Shown in pieces: positions 21,716 through 33,662 of a stretch of DNA of 43,881 nt. The notes beneath the pieces were generated by a model. That model worked only from the letters and a program-made list of their open reading frames with translations, searched no databases and was not told the DNA's origin. Source of the stretch: Vermamoeba vermiformis (taxonomy: Eukaryota); NCBI GenBank assembly GCA_045837725.1, contig JBEWZL010000165.1, forward strand, positions 1 to 43,881, given 5' to 3'. Position 1 is the first letter of the stretch. Each line of letters opens with the position of its first letter. A program made the position numbers and the translations under genes.

Positions 21716-24621
21716 ATGAAGCGTTCGATACTGATCCTTTTTTTGTGCTTGGCTATTATTGGTGCGTATTTGGACGATCTGCCGGTAGACGGGACCGTTC
21801 TCGCAACTCGTTAACAACGAGAACACCAACATGCCCTTTTTAATTACACTCAATGAACCGTATCATAAAATGCCAAAGCAAGGAGCGGTTCATTTGACTC
21901 AATCAAAACAAGATCTGGTAGCTGAATTTCTCAACGAACATTCTAGTAGCTTTAATGGACTCACAGCTGCTGATTTGACTTTTCAACACGAATTTCTTGA
22001 CAAACAAATCGCGCATTGGTCTACGCATCACTACAAGCAGAAGTTCCAAGGTGTCGAAGTTTTTGGAGGCGATCTGAAAATCAAATTCAATCATAACGCC
22101 CACATTACTAGTTTAAGCGGCGTTTTGATACATCCAAAAGAACTCTCCTCGGTCGACACTGAACCAAGAGTTGATGAATCAAAGGCCATTGAAGTAACTT
22201 TGAAAATGCTCTCTATGTTGCATCCGGATTCGCAGTCTTGGTCTGTTGAGCCAACTGGCCTTATGATCTTCAAACAAGGTCTTACTGGCCCTTCTATTTA
22301 CGACACAATCCATCTTGTCCACAAAATTGTTGTACAGAGCTCACAACCGATCACCCTTGGCTACGAAGTGTTCGTGGATGCACACGACGGCAAAATCATC
22401 TCGCACATGTCAACGATCCGACACGCACTCCATAGACAGATTTTGGGATTTAACTGGCAAGATGGCTCTTTGCAAACATCGTGGGATGAAGTCTCGGATC
22501 CAATGAACACCACTGACGCGACCATCGAGAATTTGCTGTTGGCTAGCAAGACCGTGTACACTATTTTCAGCAATCTCATTGATTATAATTCTTGGGACAA
22601 CAACGGTAAGCTGACTTCTATACGGAGCCTTGGTTGCTGAATTACGTTTGACAGGAACATTGATGCAAATGCAAGTCGCACCAAGCTTGCTTCGATGCCC
22701 CAACGCCTACTTCAACGCTAATCACACATTCTTCTGCCCTGGTATGGCTGGTATTGACGTTGTAGCCCATGAATGGGGTCATGGTGAGTACATCCACGTT
22801 AATTTTTTTGCTTCGACGTAGCATGTTTCGCTAACTCTGGAACGTAGCCTATGTCAGCTCTTACGGTGGAAATTTGGTTTATAACGGCCAGTCTGGAGCT
22901 CTCAACGAAGCATATGCTGACATCATCGGTGAAAGCACACAACTCATGCTTCAAGTACCGCGATACTACCCTCCACGTTCACACCGACGCTGCGATTTCA
23001 ATACCTCCGAGAGTCTTCGTTGGATTATCGGAGATCAAGTGACTGAGGCTATTCCCAAGTTATCTACTGCTGGTTATACTATTGGCATGCGTGACATGTA
23101 CAACCCGACTTGCTACAAGCATCCTGCCACGACCACTGACTCAACCTTCGTGTAAGTCTGAACCGCAGATCAAGTGGTGATGCTTTACTAAGGCTTCTCT
23201 TAGTTGCAATCCTGCAATCGATAACGGAGGCGTGCACTCAAACTCTGGAGTTCCCAACCAAGCCTACGCTCTCTTCGTCGACGGAGGTTTTGTGAACAAC
23301 GTCATTGTTGATGGTGTTGGTCTGATCAAGGCTTTCAACATTTACATCCGTGCACTTGGCTCGCATACTTCAACCACTAACTTTATTCAACACGCAGCCC
23401 TCTTGACACAGGTAGGCCCCATGGGACATTAGCATCTTGTCGCAAACTCAATTTTTCATATTTAGGCTTGCAATGAATTCCTTCAAAACGGCACTGTCTT
23501 GAAGGACCCTATCACTGGCCAATCATCGAATCTCACCATTACCGCCGCTGACTGTGCTCAACTTGAGCTCGCTGTCTTCGCTACTGGTCTGAACAAGACT
23601 GTCCCTTGCAGCGCTAAAATTAACGGCGCCCCTACTATTTTGTCATCGCCCGTTGTCGGTGCTCCTTTGCTCAACGGCACTCAAACTTGTAAGTCCTCGC
23701 TTTTTATAGTCATATGCGTATTAATTATCATTGCCTTAGTGTCTGTTATTTGGACCGGCACCAACTTCAACTCTTCAATCGCTAATGCTACAGTGACCGA
23801 ACTGAACTATGGCATCACTCTTGAAACATCCACCATGTCATTTGGAGGCGCACTTGATTACATCAGCGCAACTTTTACTACTGAAAAGCCGTTAGAGCCT
23901 GCCATGTACTCGTTCAAAATTGAATATAACGGCAAGACCTTTGGCCCCTACGCTTTTCAGACTTGGTGTAAGTCATCGTAGTTGACTTTTAAGTTTGACA
24001 CTCATTTGATTTGTTAGACCCTGCCACTGTCGTCAAATTGAGCACGAGTGAAGTGAAGAGCCATTCACAGAATTGGATCGAAGTTGAAGTCAAGGACACT
24101 ATTCGCGAGTTCAAGGGCTGCTTCGGTCAATCTTCACGCCCGACTTTGTCTGGTGACTGCTTGACTTGCGTCTTCCAATATGGTATGTGGTATTATATTG
24201 ATGCCAATTGCGTCTTAGATTCAAAAAATTATGTTGACACGTGTCATATTTTGACTTCAGTTATTGACATTTCTAATTAGCGACCACCGGTGCATTCCGA
24301 CTCGATGACAATCACGTGGGCTGCTTTACGCCGTCGTACGTGCCATCAAACGTCTCGCTTGACGTCAGTTTGTGGTTGACTTACGCGAACGGCGGAGCCT
24401 TCACTCAAAAACTGAGCTTTGTGGAGTCCCTGAGCGACACTAACACGCCTGCAGAAGCACCTTCAAAGGGGCCTGAGAGCGTAGGACAAGTTCTTTCGGA
24501 TGCCAATCCTTGGATCGTTGGTGCCATTGCTTTGGTACTCGGTGCAGCTCTTGCTGTGCTCATCACGTCGTTGGTGTGCACCAAGAAACACGCCAAAAAG
24601 AACGTCTTCGAAACGTTATAA
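21716..24621 (+). CDS. Thermolysin-family (peptidase M4) metalloprotease with signal peptide, FTP/PepSY propeptide and C-terminal TM anchor, multi-exon
   Basis: Signal MKRSILILFLCLAIIGA; FTP HYKQKFQGVEVFGG; PepSY YEVFVDAHDGKII; catalytic NAYFN, DVVAHEWGHA (HExxH), QSGALNEAYADIIG, DNGGVHSNSGVPNQAYAL; TM WIVGAIALVLGAALAVLITSLV then KKHAKK. The frame between the signal peptide and ORF 21831 is broken (see findings). Confidence 0.9.
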
Positions 24622-24889
24622 ATTACTGGTACGTGCTGTTTTGTAAAAAATGAGTGGCTACGTACTGAAAGAATAAAATTTACAATTCTTTCAAATTTCT
24701 CGCGTTGCAGATTCGTCCAAATATGAGAAAAAATATGAACTGAGGTCCTATATTTAGAGCGATCTCACTTAGGACCTCTATTTCACAATGCAATCTTCTT
24801 AGTGACCTGTCGTCCCTTGCGAATCGATTCATTTAAAAATTCAACGAAAAAGAAGTGACATTTTTTAAATCTACAATCCTTTACAACAA

Positions 24890-26063
24890 ATGCTGTGCAA
24901 AGTAGCTATCCTGCTGACGTTGTTGATAATTGTCACAACCTGCTCGGCGCAGGTCAAAACCATTACTGATGTCATCAACTCAAATCCTTCGTTCTCCATG
25001 CTAGCTTCGCTTCTTCAAGCTGCTGGTCTTCAAAAAACTCTCTCGCTGCCAGTTAACTACACCGTCTTTGCTCCGAACAACACAGCGTTCAATGCTTTGC
25101 CTAACTCCACCCTTCAGACTTTGCGAAATCCCGCTAATGTAGACCTGCTTCGCTCAATACTCCTGTACCACGTAAGCACTGCTTTATAAGACCATTAACA
25201 TAGGAACAACTACGATTTGATATGACTATATTCTTTCATGTGAATGCACTAATCAGATCCGTCATGAATAGGTACTTCCAGGCCAATCTTTGTATGCCAT
25301 GCAACTTGCTGTTCTTGGAAATTATACCTTGGTATCCGCACAAGGGAGCACGATTGATCTTTACTTCCGCAGCCCATTCAAAACTCGTCATTACTACTCC
25401 ATTTCACTGAACGACGCACGTGTCATTCAAACTGACATCCCTGCGTCCAACGGTGTGATTCATTCGTTGGATCGAGTCTTGTTCACTGATATTTGGCAGT
25501 TCTCTACTTCTTATCCTTACATCTACGCCTTGATCTTGCAAGACCCTAATTTGAGCACACTTAAATACACACTGCGAGCAACTGGCTTGGACTCTGTTTT
25601 GACACTTCTTGGTACTCAATACACGCTCTTTGCACCGACCAACGACGCCTTCAACGACCCTTCTGTGGGTCCCTTGTTCAATTATAACAATTTGAAAGCT
25701 TTGAAACAGGTCTTACTGTATCACATCCTGGGGTAAGTCTAAAATTAACCTCGAGAAATTTCCAATTTTTTCACACTCTCTTTGCGAACCTGAACTGTCA
25801 TATACTTATTGATATCTTTCATCCGTAGTCAGCCTCTGTTCTCGACAGACCTCTACGATGGTTTAACAGTACAAACATTCGCTAACGCGACGTTGACCAT
25901 CGGACGCACCAGTTTCCCTGGCGTGTCAAAAACTACAGTGAACGATGCATCGATAGTTTCCGCGGATTCGTACGCCTATAACGGCGTTGTCCACAAAATA
26001 GACCGTGTTTTGCTGCCTTACGCTTACTTTAATTGCACTACGGACTATTCAAAGTGCCAGTAG
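24890..26063 (+). CDS. Secreted fasciclin protein with two FAS1 domains (3 exons)
   Basis: Signal peptide, then two copies of H1 (YTVFAPNNTAF / YTLFAPTNDAF), LLYH, and H2 (ASNGVIHSLDRVL / AYNGVVHKIDRVLLP). Confidence 0.95.
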
Positions 26064-26144
26064 TTTGGATTCAGCAGGTTTTGTGACCCGGAAATAAACA
26101 GGATCTTTTCAGTTTGCAACCAACACATCGTCTACCTCATTGCA

Positions 26145-28058
26145 ATGCTTCGTAATATTATACGAAACACTAGCAGAGCATTAAACGCTCGCGCATCTAA
26201 ACAAACAATCGCGCAGATCCAATACGGACCGTTCTTGAATTGCAAGCCCGGAAAAAAATCGACAAAAATATTTATTAATACAAATGATAGTATTTTTAAC
26301 AATGGTCCTAGCTTTGACTGTCAGAGTGAGTTCAAAATTAAATTAAAATATTTTCATAATTTTAAATAATTACAAAATGATCGATTTTAGTTACAAAAAC
26401 CGTTTAATCATTATTTATAATAGGAAGAAATTTATGGTGGGGTGCTGCAAAAAAAGAGAAGTCAGAAAAACAAATCCGTAAGTATAATGATTTGTAGCCT
26501 TTATCTAATAATGAATAATAGAGGAACAACTCAATCATGCATTTGAATTATTAGAAAATGATAATGATGCAAAAGGAGCACTGAAGGCCTTCGAGGAGAT
26601 CGTGGATCAGATCGATAAGAATGATTCAGAAAACATTAAGATCTTAGGAAAGGCCTTATACGGAAAAGGTAATACGGTATGATATAACAACGATATATAT
26701 TAATTATTGAACGTAGCCAAATCTCATGCAATGTTAAATCAGCTGGATCAAGCCATCGAATCTGCTAGCAAAGCAACGGAGGCAGATCCGACCGACGGCT
26801 ATCCTTATTTCCTACGCGGATCTTTATACCTTGATAGTGTAAGTTAATATTTAACATCGCGTTAGCCTATTGCTAATATTTTGTAGGGAGATAAAATTAA
26901 GGCGCAAGAACAATTTCTTAAAGCTGTCGAATTGACGCCAGATATTTATTTTGCGTGGATTGCATTAGCACAAATGCATTTCAGAGAACGAAATTTCGAA
27001 AAAGCAAAAGAATACACGGACAAAGCACAAGAATTTGGGTACGACGAGACTTTGTTTTTTATTCTCGGCGCCCTGGCTGCAAATGAGCGAGATTTCAAAT
27101 TGGCAGAAGAATATTTGCGGAAGAGTTTGAAGTTGCATCATAAAGATCCGGAAGTACTGACCTTCTTAAGCGCTGTTTGTATGGAACAAGGTAAGTCCTA
27201 TTTTTTTTGCAGTTAGTTAGTATATAACAATATATATTATCGATATTTTTTCCTTCGAAGCAGGTTCCGTTTCTTTTGAAAGACGGCTGCTGTTATTATC
27301 GGTCGCTGATACTTTCGGCAGCGTGAACAATTTACTTTAATAACGTCATTAAAATTAGTAAAATGTCTAGTAACGATTTGATGTAATTTCGTGTCACTCA
27401 ATATTTTTCACAGTGCCAAAAAAAATCAAACGAATCTCCCATTCAAACTAATTACTATTGTTATTTTTGTATGATTTATACACGCCCGAGCCTCAATTTT
27501 GACACCTGTCAAGTTCGAAATTTTAATGACAGATTCAAGACTTGAAGTTCTAATCTAATGAATTGCCTTTTTAGGAAAATATCACGATGCATTAGATTTG
27601 ATCAACAGAGCGATAAATCTTTCGGATAATCGTCCGGGACTGTGGCTCTCAAAGGGCGAGGCTTGTTTCGCACTTGAAGAGTTTGGCGACGCTGTGATGG
27701 CCTATGAAAAATACCTGACATTCGACAAACAAGATCCTCAAGCCCTATACGGCGTTGCTAACTCATTACTATTTTTGGTAAGTCCGTCTCATTCGTTCAT
27801 GAACGAATTTTGTGAGTAACTTTCACGCTGTAGGGTCAAATTGACGACGCAATAAAACGGGCCAAAGAACTCGTTGAATTACATCCCGATAATAATAAGG
27901 GCTGGTCCACTCTTGCAACAATATATATGGCACAAGACAACAAAGAAGAAGCGTTGAAATGTTACAACAAGTCGATAGATTTGACACCGAACCTCACTGA
28001 CGAGAAACGCGAGAAAATTCGAGCGAAAATGATTGAACAAGTTAGAAGCGCTAAATAA
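26145..28058 (+). CDS. TPR-repeat protein with possible mitochondrial presequence, multi-exon
   Basis: Arg-rich, acid-free N-terminus MLRNIIRNTSRALNARASK. Consecutive TPR-type motifs (AWIALAQMHFRERNFEKAKEY, LWLSKGEACFALEEFGDAVMAYEKYL, GWSTLATIYMAQDNKEEALKCYNKSI). 5' exon structure uncertain. Confidence 0.85.
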
Positions 28059-28282
28059 ACTGCCCTATTACGTGAGTTCTTTTGATCAAAAGAAATTACT
28101 TTAAAATCATCGCTGACTTTTGTTCGAATTTAGACAGCTATTCAACAATGTTTCCAATCGCAACAATAATTTCGTGGAAATTTGAATTGGTTAACAATAA
28201 TGACTTGAAATAAGGCTCGGATCAACGATTGATAAGGCCATTATTATTAACTTTTGAAATCGATTGACATTGGTCACAGTTT

Positions 28283-30035
28283 TTAGTTCTGAATAACAGA
28301 ATTACAATAATCAAGCACCACAATAGCATTCTGTTGCTTATTATGTGATTGCACGTGGAAAATGATTTGAGTTTCAGAAACAACAGCGTCAAGCACATTC
28401 CATTTTTGGTAAGTCGCAGGAACTAGCTTGGCATAAGGCTCAACAAATTTTCCTCCGCTAACAATTTCTTTAGTCATTTTTGGTGCTGCAAAGGCAACTG
28501 AATTCTCTTGTTTAATAATCATCTGCAAAAAAACAAAATTAGAAATTTTTCGGATGTGATCTGGATCTTGAGACGTACGAGGTCAGGAGCAAGCATTTTT
28601 AGAACTTTTTTGTTATTCTTATTGAATAATGGCCATAATAATTGAGTCATACGACCATCTTTAAATTCCATAGCATCAACCAAATGACCAGTTTGGCTAT
28701 TCTCAACGATAAGGACCCCTTTAAAATAGCGGATCCGATACAATTTAGCGTTATTTCCTAGGGAAAATTGCGTAATATACGAGCCATCATGAACTGAAAA
28801 CACCTAAGAAAGAAATAATCAATAATTAAAATAATTCGCGGATGCACTTGACATACTTGTGAGTGGCCATACTGGTATAAAAAGAGATAATCTTTGGTAA
28901 CTTTAATATGTGAGCCAGGCATAGAATAATTAGCCAAATCTATTTGTACGGAACTCTAAAAAATACTATCAGCGGCACCGTTACAAAAAAAATTCAAATT
29001 TCAAGTACGTACGATGAGCTCCCAATTATTATCAAACCTTTCTAAATAATATTTCTTATCAGGTTTTTGGCATAGAACAGCGTTTATCGACCCATTGACG
29101 GATAGATCGCCAAACTGAATCCAGTCGAAGTCAAAAATTTCATTTGTTCGCACGTTCTTTCTCTATTGAAATTCTTAGAATAATGTAATGTAAGTATTGA
29201 TAATGATATATATTATCTTACCCGCCATATTTTGTTATGAGCACTACAAAATAAAACTGTTTCCTCACCGTCAAAATAGACGGGATATGGGTTGAGCCTC
29301 ACGCCTATTAATCCGAAATTTATTTCTTTCAGCTCTTTAATTTCGCTGAGAATATTCCAAGCGTATAATCTGCTTCCTATGTAAAATAAAACCAAATTGC
29401 CTCCCTGAAATTTCCTTAGCACCAAGTACTTTCATTCATTGTGGGATATCGAACAGGATATATTACCTTCCATAGTACTTGAGGCTTAGCCCAGGTCTCG
29501 GTGGCGGCTAATTCCTCCAGGGTCTCTAGATCGTACACGCAGATCTGCCAAGCGTTTGCTGTTTTCGATAATACAAGCAGTCTGCATGAAGTAAGGGTTA
29601 TAGTAAGCAAATAGAGTAGTTTAATTATGATCTTACTTGTTCTTTTTGCATTTAATGGTGATTAGCGAATTATCCTTGCCTGTCAATTTAAGAGGAAAGG
29701 CAAATCCAACAGGAGCAGTATCTATCGAATTTATTTTAAAATTAAATATATGACAAATATGATGAGAAATTTTTTAATGACCTACTCATTTGCTGCCATC
29801 GCAATTGATTAGAACATTTCAGCTTAATCCGATCCAAATTGTTTTCTACAGTGCTGTTGACTCGCTTCATCATGCTCCACTTATTGCATACTTTTTCTAA
29901 GAATTTTTGAGGATAAACAGCATCAGAATCAACGACAGATCGAAGCTGCTTGCAAGATTCGCTCAAGCCCAACGAGGAGCGCAAGGGCAAGTACGAGCAA
30001 ATAAGCGAAATTATCTCTATAGGAAGTACTTCCAT
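28283..30035 (-). CDS. F-box protein with uncharacterised beta-rich C-terminal region, multi-exon
   Basis: N-terminal F-box MEVLPIEIISLICSYLPLRSSLGLSESCKQLRSVV. Downstream minus-strand ORFs are linked by GT-AG introns to the stop at 28283. Confidence 0.8.
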
Positions 30036-30201
30036 ATTAATATTGTGGTCGTACTTTCAGATCATCATAAAGAAAAATAAAAAGACCTGCTTGGATTTCA
30101 CCGCACTTTATTTTTTGAACGACAGAATTAATCATGATTGAATCCATTACTCGCCACGTCGTGATTCATTAGGTACGAGCTTCGGAGTTAATTTCGCTCC
30201 G

Positions 30202-32972
30202 CTAACAAGGTGCAATCGAGCAATGGCCATCACCAGTCAAATGCAACATGACAGAATGATATTTCTCCACCTGTAATTGAACGAATAAGACAATATTTAC
30301 TACAAATATTAGTACTTACTGAAGGTCTATGCGCGACACTTATAATCGTTATTCCTGCTGCTACACATGCCTCCATACACTTTGCTTCCGTCTCCAGATC
30401 TGATTTGAAATTTCCGATTAGTCGAACCCGTTCACATTCCTTGGAAATATAATATAATCCTTGCCTAATGCACTAGTGGCTTCGTCCAATATGACAAAGG
30501 TAGGTTTATGGAAGAGAAGTCGAGCGAATCCAAGGCGTTGAACTTCACCTGGACTCAACACGTCTTCCCATTGTGCAACCTCGTCCAAATCAAACCTATA
30601 ATGATAAGATATTTAACTATGTATAATAAAGCATGTTTATGAAGTTACGTACTTTTTCAAAACTTGATCGAGACCAACCACGCGGAAAATCTCTCGCAAG
30701 TATTCATCGCTCGCGTGCGATTCTTTTTCGTCATTCGGGTATAGAATTTGTTGTCGAAGTGAGCCTAACACTATATAGGACCTAATATAAGGTGTTGTCA
30801 GTAAGATAACTTGTAGATCGGATCCAGTACGTACTTTTGAGGCAAGTAAAATATTTTGTTAGCTGCGGCTGGTAGAGTAATAGTACCCATTATAGGTTTC
30901 CAGAGGCCACCAATAGTTCTTAGCAATGAGCTCTTGCCGCTACCACTGGATGCAGATGGGTCAAAAAGTCAACAGTATTAGAGGTTTGAATTAACGCTAC
31001 CTAGGTCCGGTGATGACTACGTTTTTTCCTTTGTTGATTTCTAATGTCAGATCCTTAATAAGAGTGATTCCCTTTGGCGAAACGACGTGTACGTGATCCA
31101 GAGAAATTTCATCGAAAGGAGTAGTCATCGTATTAGCTTCTTTTGATTGTTTCTTGGATTCGACGTAAGTGCATGCTTCAACTAATTGACCTAATAATAT
31201 CAATTAATTCAATTTTCTTCTCTTTGAAGATCAAAATTTCGTACCAACGCGATGGATGTAGCCAGCAAAAATTCCAAGCGTCGCGATCAATCCGGGAATG
31301 GCCATTAAAGCCTGTAATAATGATCGAGTAGCTATTTGCAGGTTAATCGGTGTTATATCGTCTTTTTGGTTGGATTTACTTACCAGCCGCTTGCGACATT
31401 ACGCTAGAGCTCGAAAAAGTGCAGCTTTTATTCTTATAAAGCGATAAAATAATTGCTATTCAATATGTTAATAGAAATGCTAGAAAGATATGGGCAGATA
31501 GTCTTACGTAAGTACGGAAAGATAGCGGATCCACCAGACATAAATGAGTCTGCTAGACCTAATGGAATCAACATGCCAAATAGTCGCTTTTGCGACGTAA
31601 AAACATCGTTGAACCTCTATATTAATGCGAATATTCAATAATCAAAACAAATAAAGCTAAAATTGTTTTCGATCGGCGGATGTAGCTTACCTCGTCCAAG
31701 ATCTCTTTTTCTCGTGGTTCTCCACCAAAAAACGCAATTGATTCGGCATATGTTCTTACGCGCACCTGAGCATATCTGAAAGACCCTTCAAATTGTTCAA
31801 TTTTGTACTGTTGTTTCGGGATGCGAATTGACAGCAATACTTTGACGACTGCAGCGAATACAAATAGCCTAAAATAGAAATATTTAATCAAATAAAATCG
31901 GACCTATCTAATAAGACGTACCCGTAGGGAGTAACAATGCCGATCCATCCTTGGGCAGAGAACGCTTCTCTTGTAAATATGACCGTGTTTACTACAATAC
32001 GTTAGATATTAAGTTATATCGATGACTAGTGGTATATTTACGAATCATTCCCAGAAAAGCAAGGACGAGCTGATCTCCTATCAAAGATGCGAACACACCC
32101 GTATCCGCGGCAATACGCTGATCAATATTATCCTATAGTAACATTCGTTAGAGAATGTACTATAACGAAATACAATAAGACGTCGTTCACGTACCAAGTT
32201 CAAATCCATGCCGACCAGATCGTAAAGTAATTTTTTGTTCATAATCTCGTTTTGAAGCTTTAAAGTAATGTTCTTTCGCAAGTTTATATTCGAAATGTTA
32301 CCTAGCATATATTATGGTTAATACGTAAGTTAAGCTCTTTTGAACGATCCAGATCTTACTGCAGTAGCTGCTAAAAGTTTGAAGTAGTGCCATGGACCCT
32401 AACATTGCCATAAGCCATCCGCTGGCTATTAAAACTTGTATAACCGGATTATCTTTGTATTCCGGTGTTGGGCAATCACAAGCCAACGAGCAAACAAATT
32501 GACCGAACTAAATTTATATGACCGTTAGCCAAAGAGTTGGAACAACTATCATAATAATGATCGTTATATATGGAGCGCATTTATTTGTAATTTGAGCAGT
32601 ACTTTGTACAAAGATTAAAAAAACATTTGACAGTAAATTCTTTGTACGGTGATCCGGCTTTTACTTACCAAACCAGGGTACAGACCATATATTAGCGAGT
32701 TCGCGATAGTAAAGATAATAGCAAAGTACATCGAAACACTTGCAGCTGAAAAGGGCGATCGAAATCCAATCCTAAGAAGGGTAAAAAATCGACTCCAAAC
32801 GCCCCTTGCATCTAATTTACGCCATCATTAGCTTCCAAACTTTTTTTAAAGCGCTTGGCTTACCTGGATTATAGTCCGAATAAAAGCGGTTGAGGAGATC
32901 GTTGTCAGATTTGATCGAAGAATACTCCGACTGAGACTTGGATCTGTTTCTAATCTGTGTGTAGCTGTCCAT
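30202..32972 (-). CDS. ABCD4: ABC subfamily D half-transporter, ABCD4-like (lysosomal cobalamin exporter type), ~15 exons
   Basis: Spliced protein: [25 protein letters not shown]...[42 protein letters not shown] (EAA motif), [10 protein letters not shown], Walker [79 protein letters not shown] (not LSGGE) and AGYxHRxGQL resemble human ABCD4 as recalled rather than ABCD1-3. Confidence 0.85.
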
Positions 32973-33662
32973 TGTCCAACGTTGAAAATACTAGTTTGTT
33001 CATGGCCGTAAGGCGCTGCTACATTTAAATGTGTTCGAACTAAATTTGAAAATTCCACGGAAAATCAAACAAAAAAACGAACAAAGTCATGAGCATGAGG
33101 AGTTGTCGGATTAATCCGTACTATTAGCAACTGTACGTACGTTCAGCAACTCTGTGTAGCGCAGTATCTGATCCCTCCTTTAGCACGCATAAAGAGCAGT
33201 TCTAGATCAAGATCCATTACTGTAACAGTTATCGTCACTCAGGGTATCGTTCTTCGATTCTGTATTGAAAGTTGATGTGTCACGCATTGAAATTTCACGA
33301 CCGTACCGGGGCAAGCAGAGAAGTCGTAAGAAAGGTTATATTCTCATTTCTTTTCTTTCGAAAAGAGTTCGAAAAATTAGGCGATGGTGTTGGCAACAGT
33401 ACTCCGAGCTCGGAAATTAAACTTCAATGCCACGAGAGTTTAATTATTGTTTCAAGCGCTTGGATCTTGACCGTTGGAGGACGTGTATTAATTGCCTTAC
33501 CTTTTATGGCATAAAATCGCTATTGACCTTAATCCACTAATTCGTAGAAACCATTCCAACCTAATAAAATAGAATATTAGTTTGAAGTTTGAAGGGAAGA
33601 ACGGGATCCGATTAAATTTATCTGTTAAATATTCGGTTTTTGTCTGCAGCTACTTACCACAA

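Noticed and set aside
32973-33662. Possible cobalamin riboswitch between ABCD4 and the kelch gene (ACTGTAA seen at ~33219)
   Set aside because: The other conserved elements (GGGAA, GCCACTG, B12 box) are not evident and no eukaryotic cobalamin riboswitch is established. An Rfam/Infernal scan would settle it.
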